Origin: Octopus sinensis | Taxonomy: Eukaryota | Reading direction: 5' to 3' | Length of the DNA stretch: 64,000 nt | Assembly: GCF_006345805.1 (NCBI RefSeq) | Contig: NC_043022.1 | Span: 12,214,001 to 12,278,000 of the forward strand | In this document: positions 61,053-64,000 of the stretch, one piece after another | How positions within the stretch are numbered: the first letter of the stretch is position 1 | How the letters are laid out: each line of letters begins with the position of its first letter | Translations under genes and position numbers: made by a program | Notes under the pieces: model-generated | What the model was told of the DNA's origin: nothing | The model's database searches: none | Seen by the model: the letters and a program-made list of their open reading frames with translations, nothing else

Positions 61053-63149
61053 GCCAAGCCATCAGGTGGGAGACCCAGGGTTAGACCATGAATGAAATAG
61101 TTAGATAATATCCATAGTTTCAGTTGGTCATACTTGGGAAGCTAGCAAGGAAGTGTAATGAATGTTATTTCAGAAAAGATCTTAAGGACGAGGCGCCTGA
61201 GGACTGTCACCATAAACCTCCCAGGAATAGTGAGCAGAGAAAATGGATGGATGAATGGATAAATGAATGAATGAATGGATGGATGGATGGATGGATGGAT
61301 TACAAAATGAGGCACTAAGTCTCTTACCATTTTTACAACTCGAGGCATTAAAGCCTCTTACTTCCATGCCCGACTAGGCACAGTGCCTCATTCAAGCACC
61401 TGGACGATGCCAAGTTGGGGCACTTTAGCATAAATTTAAATATATCCCCGGGGAAGGAGTTCATTATCCTGCACAAGTCAGTTTCCCCTATGACCTCCGC
61501 AGCCACCTGCGGAGGCCAATCAGGGTCCTCAGTGCAGGACAGAACCCCTTCCCACTGGCCATTTTTTTCACCTTCTTTACAAAGTTTTCTAAAACCCCTC
61601 CCTTGTCAAAGAAGATTACAAATTCCTCGTCTATCACATAGGAAGGGGCCACAGTTTCTTCTGTCGGTGGCACAATTCCCACTGATGGGATTTCGGGACA
61701 TGCAGTGTGTTAGTAACCGCCAGCGAGCTTCTTACCACACAGCCACCTGTTTTATGTTCAAAACTGGCTAAATTTGACCTCTCACACCTACCTTACTATA
61801 TCGTACCCAAAATTTCACATCACTGAAATCTCAAAACTACTCTATGATGATGCCAGATTGATTCAAAACAGTGGGGAATAAATAAGCATTACATTTGACA
61901 GAGAAATTTGAATACTAAAGGGCTGAACACATTGTCTTTTATCTATGACTTGTTTCAGTCATTGGACTGCGGTGATGCTGGGGCCCCACCTTGAAAGGTT
62001 TAGTTAAACAAATCAACCTCAGTACATACTAGTCCTTATTCTATCGGTCTCTTTTGCTGAACTTTTAAGTTCAAGCATAAACCAACACCTGTTTCAAGTG
62101 TAGTGGGACACACACACACACACACAAACATACAAAACAGGCTTCCACACAGTTTCCATTTGCCAAATTCACTTGCAAGGTATTGGTTGACCCAAGGCTA
62201 TGACAGGAGGTACTTGCCAAGGTGATGCTGTGCAGTGGGATTGAACCTGAGACCACGTAGTTGCCAAGTAAGCCTCTTAACCAGACAGCCATATCTGTGC
62301 CTGGCAAACAAGAAAACTGTCTCCAACTGAACAAACCCTTAATGTCATTTACAAGTCACATGAGGAAGATGTCTTTTGTGTGATCTATTTCTTCTCTCTC
62401 CCTAATCTCCTCCCATTTTTAAACATAGAGTATGTGAAAATAAAAAAGACAAAACAAATAAAATTGCGTCCTGTTAAATTGGTTATCTTCGTTAGTAATC
62501 AATGTATTTTGTGTTAATTTCCGAAAGTGAATCAATCTTTATTTTTAACTGACAACACGCTCAACAATTATAATTGATTTTCTGCTGATTAAATAAACAG
62601 GTTGACTAAACTTTTGATTTGACAAATTACTCAAGTTTTATAACTAAACATGTTTCTCAGTGTGTGTGTGTGTGTGTGGTGTGTGTGTGTGTGTGTGTTT
62701 GTGTGTTTGTGTGTGTGTGTTTGTACATATATACTTACACTCCCACATACATACATATATGACATATATAAATACATACTTGCACACATACACATTGCTC
62801 TCTCTCTCTAGATATATATATATACGCACACATATACACATCACTGTGTGTGTGTGTGTGTATGTATGTAATGTGTGTGTGTGTGTATACATATATACAT
62901 ATACTCACACATACATATATGACATAAATACATACATGCACACGTACATATCACTCTCTCTCTCTCTCTCTCTCTCTGTATATATATGCACACATATATA
63001 CATCACTGTGTGTGTGTGTGTGGTGTGTGTATGTAATGTGTGTGTGTATGTGTGTATAAAACAATGTACATATACATACATATGTATATAACATATAATT
63101 ACATAGTACCTGCATGCACCTACATATACACATACGTACATGAACATAC

Positions 63150-63227
<78 letters not shown>

Positions 63228-63797
63228 GACAATTATTACACAACAAAAGGTAGCGTGTCAAGGTAACTTGTCTTTTCAAAATTACAATTGTCTTCGTTTA
63301 TTTCTGTACTTCCCTGAAAATTGTTAGCAATTAAAAAAGATTTGCAATTAAATTTGCAACAAGGTGAGAAATAATTAAATTGTTTGAGCTGTACATCGTC
63401 ACGCAGGTTATATAACATTTACCGAAGTAATGTTTGTGGTTGAGGTTGTTGTAGTTGTTGTTATGCACATGCTGTTTGAGCACTTAATGAAGTTTATAAC
63501 AAAAGCAAAAAAAAAAAAAACAGAGTTACGCAATTAAATCCTAATTTGGTAAATTATATACCCCACAGGGGTTGTCAGCCACTAATTGAAGTTTTATGTA
63601 TGTGTGTGTGTATGGATGTGTGTGTATATGTCATACAAATATACATATGTATGCATGTGTATATATGTATGTATATATATATATATATATATTTACACAT
63701 ACATATGTATACGTGTGCATGTGTATATATGTATGTATTATACATATATACATACAGGCACACCTCAAATATAAGACAAAAGTCAATATTTAAAGAA

Positions 63798-63836
<39 letters not shown>

Positions 63837-63849
63837 GTTTGTGTGTGTG

Positions 63850-63889
<40 letters not shown>

Positions 63890-64000
63890 TGTGTGTGTGT
63901 GAGTATACACCCATGCATACATACATGCATATAGACATATACATATCAACTGTATATTCTTTCAGTATATTACTGTTTGGTCGGAAAGAAAGACTTGTTG

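Noticed and set aside
61340-61700. GC-richer segment with minus ORF MGIVPPTEETVAPSYVIDEEFVIFFDKGG
   Set aside because: Possibly a retroelement relic, but I could not match a diagnostic motif.

Overview
AT-rich, microsatellite-saturated eukaryotic DNA. The repeat families suggest an Octopus-like coleoid cephalopod (inference). Almost all ORFs in the track are microsatellite or SINE artefacts. Two real multi-exon genes can be built by hand, and they are convergent. (1) A complete 4-exon p24/TMED (GOLD-domain) gene on the minus strand, 33539/33563 to 23356, with consistent splice phases. (2) A plus-strand 5-exon gene, 7763-12125, for an uncharacterised membrane-anchored protein with a Cys-rich EGF-like module; it has two reading-frame breaks here, so it is a pseudogene or carries assembly indels. 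The rest is a dense mobilome: at least five SINE families, CR1, RTE and HERO-like LINE fragments, mosaic non-autonomous Helitrons, piggyBac-type MITEs, Tc1/mariner and Tigger remnants, foldbacks and minisatellites. The most notable signals are minus-strand hammerhead-ribozyme folds: a tandem minimal pair 472 nt apart (6108-6142, 6580-6614) with a Penelope/retrozyme-like layout, and a canonical-core hammerhead with a long stem II insert (14708-14827). Also notable are a ~690 bp near-perfect palindrome (13720-14406) and a tandem pair of 371 bp foldbacks (40124-40947). Family names are from recall of motifs; no database search was run.
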